NCBI RefSeq assembly: GCF_001194135.2
Contig: NC_068983.1
Coordinates: forward strand, 146,025,285 to 146,089,284
Length of the DNA: 64,000 nt
Reading direction: 5' to 3'
Source: Octopus bimaculoides
Lineage: Eukaryota
Part shown: in pieces, positions 61,579 to 64,000 of the stretch
Position numbering within the stretch: the stretch's first letter is position 1
Layout: each line of letters begins with the position of its first letter
Notes under the pieces: model-generated
Told to the model about the DNA's origin: nothing
Databases searched by the model: none
The model's input: only the letters and a program-made list of their open reading frames with translations
Made by a program: the position numbers and the translations under genes

Positions 61579-62476
61579 TATATATATTTATATACATACA
61601 TATATATATATATATATANNNNNNNNNNNNNNNNNNNNNNNNNNNNNNNNNNNNNNNNNNNNNNNNNNNNNNNNNNNNNNNNNNNNNNNNNNNNNNNNNN
61701 NNNNNNNNNNNNNNNNNNNNNNNNNNNNNNNNNNNNNNNNNNNNNNNNNNNNNNNNNNNNNNNNNNNNNNNNNNNNNNNNNNNNNNNNNNNNNNNNNNNN
61801 NNNNNNNNNNNNNNNNNNNNNNNNNNNNNNNNNNNNNNNNNNNNNNNNNNNNNNNNNNNNNNNNNNNNNNNNNNNNNNNNNNNNNNNNNNNNNNNNNNNN
61901 NNNNNNNNNNNNNNNNNNNNNNNNNNNNNNNNNNNNNNNNNNNNNNNNNNNNNNNNNNNNNNNNNNNNNNNNNNNNNNNNNNNNNNNNNNNNNNNNATAG
62001 AAAATACGTATTCGTCTTTATATATTTAATCCTTTATACTGAACACTCAATATTTCATCTATTCAATAAGACATATTCCATATATTCAATAAGACATTCA
62101 ATACTTCATTTCATTGTACCATCCATCTTTTTTATATTATATATTATATATTCCATATTCTATATCCCACATAAATTTTACAAGAATATAAATAAAAAAT
62201 ATAAAAAACAGACAGAGCTGGAACCCTTTTAAATAAAATAATATATTCCTCTATACACGATCATACAAAACCCTTTTTTTGTATTTATTTTTACTCACAT
62301 ATATATGTATATATACACACACACACACACACACACATCAGCAATGAAGTGTTGAGCACTCATTCTCACTGTTCGATATTAGCGTGTATGTATGTGTGTG
62401 TGTGTGTGTGTAAGTATGTATATATATGTATACATATATATATGTATATATATATATACACACAAATATACAAATA

Positions 62477-62552
<76 letters not shown>

Positions 62553-64000
62553 CACATACACACATACATACGCACATACATAAATATGTGTGTGTATATT
62601 TATATACGTATGTGTGTATATTTATGTATATATACGTGTATACACACACACACACACACACACACACATACGTACATATGTGTGGCGTGTATGTGTGCGT
62701 GTTTGTGTGTGTGATATTATATAAGGCATTTGGAAATAGAGATAATTCTAAACATCAAATGAACCCTATCATATTGCAGTAAGCAGATAACTACTACTTG
62801 TCACAATTAGTTTTACTTAGTTGAACATTTTAACGCATTTTTCCCGTTTAGAATTGCTTCACACATTTTTTTAATCTGCAAGTATGTTTTGGAAAACAGG
62901 AATACTTTGAAATCTCAATAGATGATGTACTTGATATAAGAAAGCGATATTAAAATTTGTCGTTCTTAGTATTTCCTGTGCAAAGAAAACGAAAAATAAA
63001 TCCAGTTTTAATGTTTATTACATATATATTTTTGTCACCGTCATTTGGTTCGGTAGTAGACAGTGTAGTACATTACTTTCACTTTCCAGTTAGAATAAAT
63101 ACAAGAGTGCTAAATACGTAATGCAGGGTTTATTATTAGCAAATGTATAAACTATGTCTTAATGGTGTTATGTTTATCAACATTCACCAGCAAAAGCAGA
63201 ATATAATTTATAATACGACTGTACATTATGGCTTGTGTGAACATGTGTGATGTGTCTGTCATTTTACAGTTGTGTTTATGTACCATTGTATAACCATTTA
63301 TGGATAACTATATATGTGTTTGTGTATATATCTATGTGTTGACGGTTTCGTGTTTATGAACAATCATTAGTAAGGGTGAAGTAGAATTCATAGAAGAAAG
63401 TTATTCAAAAACATACAAACATGCATATATATATATATATATATATAAAATATATAGTTTTAGGGAAAATAACCAAGTTTCAAGAACTCATCGATGAAAA
63501 TCCACTATCACATATAGAAAAATTAACAATTAAAAGCACAATAAATGAGTATAATATAAAGCAAAGTAAATATCATAAGATAATTATAATAAAATGATTA
63601 CACGTGTTTCATAACTAATTTTCAAATAGAAAGATAATTTAAAACAATGATAATTTATGTAAGCTGTTTTTTGTATATAATATACATGTTATTATAATGG
63701 AGGAAGGGAGGATTATTGAATGGTTATTATTTTGATATTTTTAATAATTTTTCTATCTTTATAAAATAAGTATTTCATATTAATTCATTTGGTACTTATT
63801 GTTGGTTGAGATATATATATCTAATTATTGTTCTACTTAAGATCTGACGATTAGCTATATTTTTGAATAGAATTTAATTTTCGATAATTTCAATTGATTT
63901 TAATCGATTTAAATTTCCTTTCTATTTGAAAATTAGTTATGAAACACGTGTAATCATTTTATTATATTTATCTTATGATATTTACTTTGCTTTGTATTAT

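Overview
AT-rich, microsatellite- and transposon-dense eukaryotic DNA with many N gaps. The SINE families and the encoded peptide point to an octopus (coleoid cephalopod) draft assembly. Almost every ORF in the supplied track is noise from microsatellites, N gaps or decayed transposons. The main signal is one the track misses: a spliced three-exon + strand gene for a 140-aa neuropeptide precursor. It has TATA/Inr at ~19260-19292, exon 1 ending in the ATG (19367-19369), exon 2 at 34937-35124 and exon 3 coding at 38702-38933. The protein is MVKITSICFCFLLGLGVLFDSWAEA|GCARPCLLSFFRCVRSVEEECCSGYRTCMKDACDVANPSCNDNVG-KR-SGWY-KR-GSWD-KR-GSWN-KK-SDDQT-KR-GSWN-KR-SDEEDS-KR-GSWN-KR-QETDDFSEAML-KK-VLNENYGVHL*. 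GSWD is the sequence of the Octopus cardioactive tetrapeptide Ocp-3 (D-Ser isomer Ocp-4). The precursor also predicts an 8-cysteine amidated 44-mer and further tetrapeptides. A second theme is several Penelope/retrozyme-type minimal hammerhead ribozymes: intact at 47740-47797 and 55138-55183, degenerate at 30151-30196 and 44378-44420. The rest is decayed RTE, CR1-like, Tx1/L1 and R4-like LINEs, a Helitron relic, mariner/hAT elements, many SINEs and simple repeats. No CRISPR, rRNA or genuine tRNA genes were found. No database searches or folding programs were run; family names come from motifs recognised by eye.
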